Below, piece by piece: positions 35,435 to 44,794 of a stretch of DNA of 63,758 nt. Position numbers and translations under genes: made by a program. Every line of letters starts with the position of its first letter. Position 1 is the stretch's first letter. Origin of the DNA: Bacilli bacterium (GTDB taxonomy: Bacteria > Bacillota_I > Bacilli_A > ML615J-28 > CAG-698); NCBI GenBank assembly GCA_035377365.1, contig DAOSSK010000001.1, positions 5,599 through 69,356 on the forward strand, read 5' to 3'. The notes beneath the pieces were generated by a model that made no database searches, was not told where the DNA came from, and saw only the letters and a program-made list of their open reading frames with translations.

Positions 35435-36395
35435 ATAGACTAAATAATAAAAACTCTAATCCTGTATCTGACTCTATTTGGCCTGATTTTATTTTGAAAT
35501 CTAACTCAGCAAACTTTTGAATAAGTTCTGCTGCTCTTTCCTTATCTAAAGAACGAGCATCACGCATTAGATAGTAAGCTCTACCAGGAGAAACTTCTAA
35601 ACTTTCTGCGATTTGATTTTGCTTGTAGTTTTTCTCCATTAATAGCTTTACTAAATAACAATCTTTTAGATTATTGCTTGATGTAATTAATAACTGAATT
35701 GGCTCAAATTTGTTTGTGGCAACAAGATCACGATAAACCTCAATCGCCTTCATTTTATTTTTTTTCATAATGGCATTAGTAAAACTAAAAATATCTTGTT
35801 CTAATTCTTTTGTAGTTAAGTTAATTACATCTTCTTCTGTAACTTCATTTTTACCCATACAATATAAAAGTAACTTATCTATTTCATTACTTGCATTTAT
35901 TAAATTTGTTCCTGTTCTACTTAAAAAAGTTTGTGCAGCTCTTTGGCTAATTTTTAAATTATTTTGAGAAAACTGTCTAATTACCCAACCTACAAACTCA
36001 ACATCAGATAATGATTCGCTTTCTTCTTTAATTGCAACTTTAAGTAAAGCTTTCACTACTTCCTTACGATTGTCTAGTTTTAAATCGCTAGCATCAATAA
36101 TAAAGATAGTATATGGACTAGGGTTATTTAAATACCTAACAAATGCTTTAGTATCGTGTTCAATCTCTACCTTAGCAGCTGATGTTAAAAACTTTGGATG
36201 TCTTAAAACAACAATTTTTTCTTCACACAAAAAAGGTGCCGTTTGCGCATCTTCAACTGCGAAACTAACATTTTTTTCTTCCATATCATAATAGTTGATA
36301 TTGTATTCGTCAGCTACAGATTCTTTAATAAGCCTTTCAATTTTGACTTTGTTTAGATATTCTTCATTTCCCAAAAATAAATATACTTTAGCCAT
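35433..36395 (-). CDS. holA: DNA polymerase III subunit delta
   Basis: 320 aa starting VYLFLGNEEYL. It sits downstream of comEC and convergent with rpsT, as in the Bacillus comE-holA-rpsT locus. Confidence 0.8.
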   Translation of the reverse strand: MAKVYLFLGNEEYLNKVKIERLIKESVADEYNINYYDMEEKNVSFAVEDAQTAPFLCEEKIVVLRHPKFLTSAAKVEIEHDTKAFVRYLNNPSPYTIFIIDASDLKLDNRKEVVKALLKVAIKEESESLSDVEFVGWVIRQFSQNNLKISQRAAQTFLSRTGTNLINASNEIDKLLLYCMGKNEVTEEDVINLTTKELEQDIFSFTNAIMKKNKMKAIEVYRDLVATNKFEPIQLLITSSNNLKDCYLVKLLMEKNYKQNQIAESLEVSPGRAYYLMRDARSLDKERAAELIQKFAELDFKIKSGQIESDTGLEFLLFSL

Positions 36396-36439
36396 ATTTT
36401 ACCTCTTGTTTATATTTTACCATATTTTAAAGAATACTG

Positions 36440-38566
36440 CTATTGATTTAGATAAGTAAATTTTTTATTTTGATAAACAATTGTGTAATGAAGATCAGTT
36501 CGATATGTTTTTATTTGATAATTATTTAATCGATTAATTAACTCCTGATCGGGGAAGCCAAAAGATTTAACTCTTCCGGTTTGAATAATAGCATATTTTG
36601 GTTTTAAAATACTTAGAAGATTAGGCGATGTTGCTGTTTGAGAACCATGATGTCCCACTTTTAAAACATCTATTTTTTCTTTAAAACCATTTAATCTTTC
36701 TTCACCAGTCATAACTAAATCACCTAGAAATAAAAAATTTAATTCGCTTTTTAGAAAAGTAATAATACTATTATTATTCTCATCTAAATATTGTTTTTCT
36801 GGGGGATATAAGATTAATTCATCTTTTCCTAATTTTATGGTATAAGGAGAGCTGATTTTGATTTGTCTTTGAAAAGATAACTTAGATATTGATGAGGTTA
36901 TAACCTTTTTCACTTTAACCTCATCACAAATATCCTTTGCTTCCCCATAATGGTCAAAATGATCATGAGTAATAATTAAATAATCTAAATGATAAATTCC
37001 CGATTTTCTTAAAAAACTACTTACTTTCTTTCCTTGCCCTGCTCCAGTATCAATCAAAACTTTACTTGCGCCTTTTTGAATCAAAATCGATTCACCATTG
37101 TAAAGATCTAAAAATGTCACTTTTAAATTAGTTGTGTATGAACGAAACAAAATGAAAAAAGAAAACAGAACAAGAAAGAAAGATAAAACAATTTTTCTTG
37201 ATTTTAATTTATATAAACTAAAAAATACAATAAAAAAACTATAATAAATTAATGAGTAATATATTTGAAAATAGGGGAGAGGTACACTTATTTTTATTTG
37301 ACTAGCAAAAAAGTTGTTTAAAAATATAAACCCTTGAACTAACAAATTATAAAATTTACTTAAAAAAGGTAAAACTAAAATAATAAAAGAAAGTGGAAGT
37401 AAAATTTCTAAAACCAAGAAAATAAAAACAACATTTACTAAAGGTGATAGTAAATTTACTTCTGAATTAATATTCGCAATTATTGGTAAAGTTACAATAA
37501 CAGCTGCAGTTGAAATAATAACTGTTTGGATTAAAACACTTTTATCTTTAATCAAAGAAGTAAGTAAAACAATAATAGTCGTTACAATAAAGCTTAACTG
37601 AAAACTTAAATTAAAAAAATAAAAAGGATTAATTATCACCATTAAAATAAAAGCTATTGCTAGTAAATCTAAAGTTTTGAAATGCAACTGATACTTTTTA
37701 TTTAAGATATGAAGTAAATACATAATTACTGCTCTCAATACTGAAGGCAAGAAATTTGTTAGAAAAAGGTAAATTATTAAAAGCGAAGAAACTATTTTAT
37801 CTTGATGTTTTGACCTAGCAAAAACTTTAATTAGAAAATAAGTAATAATATTTACATGAGCACCAGAAATAGCAAACAAATGAGAAGTCCCATTTATTCT
37901 TAAATCTGAGGCAAAATCTAAAGTAAAACTTTTACTATCACCAATAACTAAACCTTTAATAATCATATTTCCTGGTTCAGAAAAAAACTTATCAACATAA
38001 ATAGCTATCAATTCTCTTAAGTATAAATAAGAGAATCTTTTTTTTACTTTAATTATCGAAGTTGCACTAACTACTTTAGATATTCCTTGATGTTTTAAAT
38101 ATTCTTTATAATCAAAATCATAAGGAATTCTTACACCATCAATTATTACTTCTTCTCCTTGAAACTTAACGTAATCTAATACACTATACTCAGTCTTTAA
38201 ATCAGTATAAACCATAATCTTAAACCAAGACTTTTTAACTGTAAGAGTTTGACTTGTATCCCCTTTCTTAATATTGATAATTTGGCCTTCTAAATAATGG
38301 TGATCTCTTAATGTAATTTTTAGTTTAAGAAAATAAATCAAGATAATAATTAATGCTAGTCCTACAATAACATAAAATAATTCTTTTGATTTTTGGTAAA
38401 TATATATTAAATAAACAATAGTTACTAAAATAACCAAATAGTGTTTTAATGAAAGTAAAATTAAAACTATTCCAAAAGCTAATAAAAAATAATTATTTAA
38501 GAGCTTTTTATACAGTAATTTGTTCTTTAATTCTTTCAAAAAGAGCATTAGAAATACCTGAAACAT
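36440..38566 (-). CDS. comEC: DNA internalization competence protein ComEC/Rec2
   Basis: 708 aa with an N-terminal TM/OB region, a polytopic competence domain and a C-terminal MBL domain (ITHDHFDHYGE, HHGS). The start is uncertain (ATG 38566 or 38548), and both candidates overlap the comEA 3' end. Confidence 0.8.
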   Translation of the reverse strand: MFQVFLMLFLKELKNKLLYKKLLNNYFLLAFGIVLILLSLKHYLVILVTIVYLIYIYQKSKELFYVIVGLALIIILIYFLKLKITLRDHHYLEGQIINIKKGDTSQTLTVKKSWFKIMVYTDLKTEYSVLDYVKFQGEEVIIDGVRIPYDFDYKEYLKHQGISKVVSATSIIKVKKRFSYLYLRELIAIYVDKFFSEPGNMIIKGLVIGDSKSFTLDFASDLRINGTSHLFAISGAHVNIITYFLIKVFARSKHQDKIVSSLLIIYLFLTNFLPSVLRAVIMYLLHILNKKYQLHFKTLDLLAIAFILMVIINPFYFFNLSFQLSFIVTTIIVLLTSLIKDKSVLIQTVIISTAAVIVTLPIIANINSEVNLLSPLVNVVFIFLVLEILLPLSFIILVLPFLSKFYNLLVQGFIFLNNFFASQIKISVPLPYFQIYYSLIYYSFFIVFFSLYKLKSRKIVLSFFLVLFSFFILFRSYTTNLKVTFLDLYNGESILIQKGASKVLIDTGAGQGKKVSSFLRKSGIYHLDYLIITHDHFDHYGEAKDICDEVKVKKVITSSISKLSFQRQIKISSPYTIKLGKDELILYPPEKQYLDENNNSIITFLKSELNFLFLGDLVMTGEERLNGFKEKIDVLKVGHHGSQTATSPNLLSILKPKYAIIQTGRVKSFGFPDQELINRLNNYQIKTYRTDLHYTIVYQNKKFTYLNQ

Positions 38567-39038
38567 TCATAATGTCTTCAATCTTTTTAAATCTACCGTT
38601 TTGTTCACGATATGTTACAATTGCTTTTGCTTTAGTCTCACCAATACCAGATAGTTCCATTAATTGTTCTATTGTAGCATAGTTAATATTAATAATCTTT
38701 GATTCTATTGTTGTTCCACTTTCACCTTTTTTAGAAACAATTATAACTTCACCATCAGATAAAACTCTAGCCAAATTAAGATCTGTACCATTAGCATCTT
38801 TCGTAAAGCCGCCAGATAGTTCAATTAGATCATTAATTCTTGAACCTTGTTCTAAGATATATAAACCAGGATTATAAACTTCACCTTTAATCTCAACTAC
38901 AATATTTTCTATAATAATTTCTCTTTGATCATCAATTGGATTTTCTACTTTAGGCTTATTTATAAGACTAATTACAATACCTGTTATTACTAAAAATGCT
39001 ACTACACTAACAATAATAATGATTTTCTTTTTATTCAT
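38508..39038 (-). CDS. comEA: Competence protein ComEA (membrane-anchored helix-hairpin-helix DNA receptor)
   Basis: N-terminal TM helix, a SLBB-like region (GEVYNPGLYILEQGSRINDLI) and a C-terminal HhH pair (NINYATIEQLMELSGIGETKAKAIVTYRE...). Confidence 0.85.
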   Translation of the reverse strand: MNKKKIIIIVSVVAFLVITGIVISLINKPKVENPIDDQREIIIENIVVEIKGEVYNPGLYILEQGSRINDLIELSGGFTKDANGTDLNLARVLSDGEVIIVSKKGESGTTIESKIININYATIEQLMELSGIGETKAKAIVTYREQNGRFKKIEDIMNVSGISNALFERIKEQITV

Positions 39039-39085
39039 TGCTTACTCCTTTTACTTATATATTATAAAAATGTAAGCCCTTTTAC

Positions 39086-39114
39086 TTTTATTTTTTTCCA
39101 AATTATGCTATACT
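39086..39114 (+). promoter_or_regulatory. Predicted extended -10 promoter (TGcTATACT) of the amidase lipoprotein gene
   Basis: TG is at 39106-39107 and TATACT at 39109-39114. The -35 is poor (TTTTAT). Confidence 0.4.
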
Positions 39115-39186
39115 ATAAAAGAAGAGATATCTAATCAAATTTTATGATACGATATTTAATACTATTTTTGAATAAGAGGAGGTACT

Positions 39187-41391
39187 ATGGAAAAAGTATT
39201 AAAACTATTATTTTTACTGTTTATAGCTTTATTCCTTGTTAGTTGCAAGGATGAAGAAGAACCACAAGAAGAAAGTGTAACAACTCTTACACTAACAACA
39301 AAAAATCTTACCTTAGAGGAAGAAGAAACAAAACAGATTGAAGCTGTTGCAAAAACAGATAAAGGCGAAGCTGTTGCAATAACTTATGAAGTAGCTGATC
39401 CAACAGTTGCTAGTGTTGATAGCACAGGTAAAGTTACTGGAATTAAGAAAGGAAGCACTACAATTACTTTAAAAGCTAACGATAAAACCGATACATGCAA
39501 TGTTACTGTAACTGAAAAAGAAGTGGTTAACCCACCAATTGAACCAAAAGTAACTTTCTCAGTTTCAGAAGTTACAATTGATTTAGATGCCAACCCTGAA
39601 TATACATTAAAACCTAAATTAGTTGGTGAAGCTGAACTATTATATGCAATCGATAAACCAGAAATTATCAGTATCGAAGGCAATAAAATCACTGCCCTAA
39701 AAACTGGTACAGCAATTGTTACTGCTACATATGGAAAATCAACTGCTACAGTTACTGTAAATGTTGTGAAACAATTCATTGTAAGTTTAGGTGAAGACGA
39801 AATTTCTGAAGGTGCTGAAGTTTTAGCTTATGTAAATGAAGAACTTGCATTAACTATTGTAGACCAAACAGATATTGGCCTTGGTGTTGAATGTTCAAGT
39901 AGCGACAAAACAATAGCTACAATTACAAACAAAGGTGTTATTATGCCACTTTCAGAAGGCACTGCTACAATCACAGTTCAATCAGGTACAACTCCTGAAT
40001 TAGTTAGAACTTTCCAACTTGTTGTTGGTTATAAACCATTACAAAGTTTCACTATTAGCTATCCAGATGATATGAGAACAAGTGGTGGACCTTATGATGC
40101 TATAGTAGAATTAAATCCTGTAAGTGCTAAAAACGATCTTAAATATGAATTAGTTGAACCTAGTAGTGCTGTTTCATTAAGACCTTTAAACGGACAATTA
40201 ACAGTTAATACAAACAAAGGCTTTGCTAAGATTCGTGCTTACTCACAATCTAATCCAAATATTGAAGCACACGTGATTGTAGAAATTAAATTAAGTCTAA
40301 CTGACTTAATTAACTATTTAAATCAACCTTTAACTGTTGCTCAAAACGTAACATTAGTAGGTTGGCAAACAGTTGACAATCCACCACATCCGGTTGAACC
40401 AATGTATGGTAGTATCAATAAATATCTATTTGATGAACATAGAGTTATTTATAACTGGATGCAACCTGGAACTATGGGCTATGTAGAATACGAAACAGGA
40501 TCTCCAAATCCAGTAATGTTTGTTACTGTTCATGATGGTGGTGGAAACTCACCTGGAGAAACTGCTCAAATGCTTTCTAACTACTGTAATTCAAATGCTG
40601 AACCATCATATCACTATTCAGTTGATGATTCAGAAGCTTGGCAAAATATTGAACATGGTAGAGCTGCATGGCATGCAGGCTGTGGTCAAGGATTAAGCGG
40701 ATTTTCATATTTAGATACAGGAGTTCCATATGATATTACTCGTCCTCGTCCAACTGTAGATGTTAGTACAGATAACTACCTACTAATTGATGGTAAAAAG
40801 AGTCTTATCCAAGTACCATCTGCTGGTGGTAGACAAGCTACTAAAAATGATTTCCCTTCTATTGGATTAATGTTCTTCCAACGTAATGGAAACTACTATA
40901 CTACTACTTTATATTACAACTCTACTTATAGAACTATTTCTAATAGGGGTGGTAATGACTTAACTGTAGGTATTGAATCTTCTATCAACCAAGGTGGAGA
41001 TTTATATCAAACATGGCAAAGACTTGCAAAACTAGTTGCTAATATCCTTCATGAACATAACTTAGGATTAGATGCAGTTAGTCAACATAATAATTGGTCT
41101 GGAAAAGATTGTCCAGGAACAATGAGAAGAGCTGGTTATTGGGATCACTTTATGGGCTTAGTTGAAGCTGAATTACTTGTATTACAAGAACTAAGTGAAT
41201 ATGAAATTACACTTGAATTAGTTAACGATGCAGACAAAGAATACGTAAGTGCACGTGGACGTGTTCTAAAACTTCCTAATGCTAGAAGAACTATCCAATA
41301 TAACTTCAAGTTAAGAAAAGAAGGAGTATCATATTCATTCCCATTAACTTCAACAATCGTTGCTGCTACAGAAATTAGACCAGCTATTTAA
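39187..41391 (+). CDS. Lipoprotein with tandem Big_2 (bacterial Ig-like) domains and a C-terminal Amidase_2 (N-acetylmuramoyl-L-alanine amidase/PGRP) domain
   Basis: Lipobox LFLVSC, with several Big_2-like units (…VTGIKKGSTTITLKA…, …ITALKTGTAIVTATYG…, …PLSEGTATITVQS…). The amidase region is VTVHDGGGN…YHYSVDD…AWHAG…GIES…HNNWSGKDCPG. Confidence 0.75.
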   Translation: MEKVLKLLFLLFIALFLVSCKDEEEPQEESVTTLTLTTKNLTLEEEETKQIEAVAKTDKGEAVAITYEVADPTVASVDSTGKVTGIKKGSTTITLKANDKTDTCNVTVTEKEVVNPPIEPKVTFSVSEVTIDLDANPEYTLKPKLVGEAELLYAIDKPEIISIEGNKITALKTGTAIVTATYGKSTATVTVNVVKQFIVSLGEDEISEGAEVLAYVNEELALTIVDQTDIGLGVECSSSDKTIATITNKGVIMPLSEGTATITVQSGTTPELVRTFQLVVGYKPLQSFTISYPDDMRTSGGPYDAIVELNPVSAKNDLKYELVEPSSAVSLRPLNGQLTVNTNKGFAKIRAYSQSNPNIEAHVIVEIKLSLTDLINYLNQPLTVAQNVTLVGWQTVDNPPHPVEPMYGSINKYLFDEHRVIYNWMQPGTMGYVEYETGSPNPVMFVTVHDGGGNSPGETAQMLSNYCNSNAEPSYHYSVDDSEAWQNIEHGRAAWHAGCGQGLSGFSYLDTGVPYDITRPRPTVDVSTDNYLLIDGKKSLIQVPSAGGRQATKNDFPSIGLMFFQRNGNYYTTTLYYNSTYRTISNRGGNDLTVGIESSINQGGDLYQTWQRLAKLVANILHEHNLGLDAVSQHNNWSGKDCPGTMRRAGYWDHFMGLVEAELLVLQELSEYEITLELVNDADKEYVSARGRVLKLPNARRTIQYNFKLRKEGVSYSFPLTSTIVAATEIRPAI

Positions 41392-41407
41392 TGAAAAAAT
41401 AATAAAA

Positions 41408-41442
41408 TAAAAAGAGTGAAAACGAAAATTTCACTCTTTTTT
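41408..41442. terminator. Bidirectional intrinsic terminator between the amidase gene (+) and recD2 (-)
   Basis: AAGAGTGAAA / TTTCACTCTT forms a 10-bp stem with a 7-nt loop, flanked by A- and T-runs. Confidence 0.8.
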
Positions 41443-41469
41443 TATTTTAAAATCATTTATTCTTTATGC

Positions 41470-43677
41470 TTACATAAAATCAAATGGTGTAACCTCTCTC
41501 TTATCTTCTAATCTTTCTTTTAATTTAGTTTGCCTTTGATCGTCCATTTTTGTAATTCCCATTGCTAGATAATTAACAGAACCAAGCATAACCAGATATT
41601 TTTTAGCTCTTGTAATTCCTGTATAAATTAACTTCTTTCTTAACATAATATAATATTGCGAAGTTATTGGCATTACTACTAAATCAAACTCACTTCCTTG
41701 AGCTTTATGAATCGTAATTGCATATGCTAGTGTTAGGTCATCTAATTCTTCTAATTTGTATTTTACAATCCCAGAATCAAACTCAACTTCTAAACCAGTA
41801 ATTTCGCCATCACTTTTTTCAAAACGATAAACTTTACCAATATCACCATTCATTATATCTTTTTCACTACGATTTACTAATTGTAAGACTTTATCCCCAA
41901 TTCTAAAAGAATGATTATGACTTTTTATTTCTTCATCTTTTAACGGATTAAACTTTTCTTGCAAAGCATTATTAATATTATTAATGCCATTTTCTCCGCG
42001 ATACATAGGCACTAATACTTGAATGTCTTTAACTAAATCCATTCCTTTATTTAGAGCTCTTTCTACAACCTCTATAATTCCATTAATTATTTGGTCTTTT
42101 TCTAAAGAAATAAAACTCCAATCAGAACTATTTTCCCTAAAATATTCGGGAAGGTATCCTTCATTAATACTATGAGCTAAGTTGACAATTGCTGATCCCT
42201 CTTCTTGACGATAAATATCATGCAATTTCGTAACTTTAAAATAATCTGATTTTATTAAATCATTCAAAACATCTCCAGGTCCAATAGAAGGTAGTTGGTC
42301 TGCATCACCAACAATCACTAATCTTGTGTTTGAAGCTAAAGCAGAAACCAATCTATTAGCAAGTTCAATATCTACCATTGAAAACTCATCTACAATCACA
42401 AGCTCTGAATCAATTAAAGCATCTTCTCCATACCTAAAGATATCTCCACCTTCATAACCTAAAAATTTATGAATAGTCATAGCATCTTTACCAGTAATTT
42501 CTTGCATTCTTTTTGCTGCTCTACCAGTAGGTGCTAGTTGAGCAATACTTAAATCACTTGCTTTGAACTGTTTTTGAAAACAGTAAATAATACCTTTGAT
42601 AATAGTGCTTTTACCAGTTCCCGGACCACCAGTAATAATTGATACTTTGTTTAGTAAAGCATTACTAATTGCCTCTTTTTGTTCTTTACCATAAGTTAGC
42701 CCAAATTTCTTTTCTGCTTGTTTGATTAAATCTTCAGTATCAATATCACTAACTTCCTTAGCATTTAATTCTTTGATTTTCAAAGCAAAACTCTTTTCTG
42801 AATCATAGACTTTCTTTAAAAAGATATCTTTATCTTCAATAATTATCTTTTTTTCATTATTTAATTCATCTAGAAAAGACTCAAATTCTTTAAGAGATGT
42901 CTCCCAAGTTTTTAATTCATTGTTTACTCTTTCATATAAATCTTCTTTATTAAAATAAGTATTGCCAAAGCTATAAGTTAGTTCTTTTAATAAGTACATA
43001 ACTAATGCTTTTAGTCTTAAAGAAGAATTTTCCTCAAAGCCCAAACTTAAAGCAATTTGATCTGCTCTTTTAAAGCCATAACCTTCTACTTCATCAATTA
43101 ATATATATGGATTAGCTTTTACTATCTCATAAGCATCATTGCCATAAGCATTGATTAATTTTAAAGCTGCAGTCATTGTTAGTCCTAAGTTAAGAAAAGC
43201 AACCGTTGTTTTACGTGAATAAGCATTTTCTTGCAAGACCTTAACTATTGCTTCTTTGTTATTTGAAGTTAAGCCTTTTACTTTATCTAAACTTTTAGGG
43301 TCACTAATAATAACATTTAAACAATCAGAACCTAAAGTATTAAATATTCTTGTAGCTTTTTGTTTGCCAATTCCCGAAAACAAATCACTTGATAAATAGT
43401 TAACAATACCTTCTAAAGTATTAGCCATTATTCTTTCAAAATGATTAGCTTGAAACTGATAACCATAGTCTGTATCTTTGAATTTTCCAGTAAACTCATA
43501 TAACTCATCTTTGAAAGGTTTACGATCAAAGTTAGATGTAATGGTGATGGTAAGTGTATATTGTTCTTCAATAATTTCTTTCATTGCTGGATCATTATGA
43601 TCTAGCATTATTTGAACTATTCCAAAATTGTTTTTGAAATAAATGACTCTTGAAATTGCGCCTCTAACCATATTCAT
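41470..43677 (-). CDS. recD2: ATP-dependent RecD2-like DNA helicase (YrrC family)
   Basis: SF1 helicase with Walker A GGPGTGKST, Walker B VIVDEFSM, and a C-terminal HKAQGSEF...ITRAKK. The preferred start is ATG 43677 (AAGGAG SD; TGATG overlap with the mnmA stop). Confidence 0.85.
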   Translation of the reverse strand: MNMVRGAISRVIYFKNNFGIVQIMLDHNDPAMKEIIEEQYTLTITITSNFDRKPFKDELYEFTGKFKDTDYGYQFQANHFERIMANTLEGIVNYLSSDLFSGIGKQKATRIFNTLGSDCLNVIISDPKSLDKVKGLTSNNKEAIVKVLQENAYSRKTTVAFLNLGLTMTAALKLINAYGNDAYEIVKANPYILIDEVEGYGFKRADQIALSLGFEENSSLRLKALVMYLLKELTYSFGNTYFNKEDLYERVNNELKTWETSLKEFESFLDELNNEKKIIIEDKDIFLKKVYDSEKSFALKIKELNAKEVSDIDTEDLIKQAEKKFGLTYGKEQKEAISNALLNKVSIITGGPGTGKSTIIKGIIYCFQKQFKASDLSIAQLAPTGRAAKRMQEITGKDAMTIHKFLGYEGGDIFRYGEDALIDSELVIVDEFSMVDIELANRLVSALASNTRLVIVGDADQLPSIGPGDVLNDLIKSDYFKVTKLHDIYRQEEGSAIVNLAHSINEGYLPEYFRENSSDWSFISLEKDQIINGIIEVVERALNKGMDLVKDIQVLVPMYRGENGINNINNALQEKFNPLKDEEIKSHNHSFRIGDKVLQLVNRSEKDIMNGDIGKVYRFEKSDGEITGLEVEFDSGIVKYKLEELDDLTLAYAITIHKAQGSEFDLVVMPITSQYYIMLRKKLIYTGITRAKKYLVMLGSVNYLAMGITKMDDQRQTKLKERLEDKREVTPFDFM

Positions 43678-44786
43678 CAATATAATCTCCTTTGATCATC
43701 TTGATAAACTTCATCAATAACAGCCCCACCTAACATTTCGTCATTGTTATAGAAAACAACAGCTTGACCAGGAGTTACAGCTCTAAATGGTTCATATTTT
43801 ACTTCTATAGTATCTTTATCAATTCTTCTAACTTTAGCTTTAACTGCTTTACTTCGATATCTAAATTGAGCTAATACTTCTATTTCTTTAAAATCTTCTT
43901 TTAACCAGTTAAAGCTAGAAGCAAAACAACGATTTGAATATAAGTATTCTTGATCTTCTTGATAACCTACAAGTAATACATTTCTTTTAATATCTTTACC
44001 TAAAACAAACCAAGGTCCCTTATCTCCCCCTAAACCTAAACCTTTTCTTTGACCGATTGTGTAATACATTAAACCTTCATGTTTACCTACAACTTCTCCT
44101 CTTAAAGTTTCCATATTACCAACTTGTGCTGGAAGATAATTTTTTAAGAACTTATCAAAGTCTCTCTCACCAATAAAACAAATTCCTGTAGAGTCTTTTT
44201 TATCAGCAATATTTAGTTTATATTTTCTAGCAATTTCCCTTACTTCTTTTTTAGTTAAATCTCCTAAAGGAAATAAGGCTTTTTCTAATTGTTTTTTAGT
44301 TAACATACAAAGAAAGTAACTTTGATCTTTATTACGATCTTTTCCACGATATAGTTTTAAAGGTTTATGAGTAATCTTAGCATAGTGTCCCATAGCGATA
44401 TAATCAGCATCCATTTCCATTGCCTTTTCAACAAAACATTTAAACTTAATTTCGCTATTACATAAAATATCAGGATTAGGAGTACGATACTGTTTATACT
44501 CATCAATAAAATGCATAAAGACTTTATTCCAATACTCTTCCACAAAATCAACTCTATGCAGTTTAATCCCAATAATTCTAGCTGCTTCTACCGCATCATT
44601 ATAGTCTTGTTCTTGAGGACAAATATCATCTGGATTATTAGGGTTACCTAAAATATCGTAATTAAGTGCTGAATCCCAATTACGCATAAACATACCCTCT
44701 ACATCATATCCTTGTTCTTTTAAAATAATTGCACTTACTGCTGAGTCTACCCCACCACTAAATCCTAAAATTACTTTCTTTTTCAT
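43677..44786 (-). CDS. mnmA: tRNA 2-thiouridine(34) synthase
   Basis: PP-loop GFSGGVDSAV and the conserved NPDILCN and GICFIGE motifs. Confidence 0.95.
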   Translation of the reverse strand: MKKKVILGFSGGVDSAVSAIILKEQGYDVEGMFMRNWDSALNYDILGNPNNPDDICPQEQDYNDAVEAARIIGIKLHRVDFVEEYWNKVFMHFIDEYKQYRTPNPDILCNSEIKFKCFVEKAMEMDADYIAMGHYAKITHKPLKLYRGKDRNKDQSYFLCMLTKKQLEKALFPLGDLTKKEVREIARKYKLNIADKKDSTGICFIGERDFDKFLKNYLPAQVGNMETLRGEVVGKHEGLMYYTIGQRKGLGLGGDKGPWFVLGKDIKRNVLLVGYQEDQEYLYSNRCFASSFNWLKEDFKEIEVLAQFRYRSKAVKAKVRRIDKDTIEVKYEPFRAVTPGQAVVFYNNDEMLGGAVIDEVYQDDQRRLY

Positions 44787-44794
44787 AATAACCT

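Noticed and set aside
36440-39038. comEA-comEC as a potentially novel DNA-uptake system.
   Set aside because: This is the canonical Firmicute comE locus next to holA and rpsT. Only comEB is missing, which is common. Nothing here is unexplained.
39384-39779. A 131-aa minus-strand ORF inside the Big_2/amidase gene.
   Set aside because: It is antisense to the Thr/Val/Ala-rich Big_2 repeats. It has no SD, and the sense gene is strongly supported.
44357-44572. Nested same-strand ORFs in alternative frames (44357-44572 in mnmA; 55508-55717 in the membrane protein gene; 5172-5435, 10468-10713 and others antisense).
   Set aside because: They lie wholly inside longer ORFs with clear family motifs. 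They have no independent signals and are expected by chance in AT-rich DNA with few stops in some frames.
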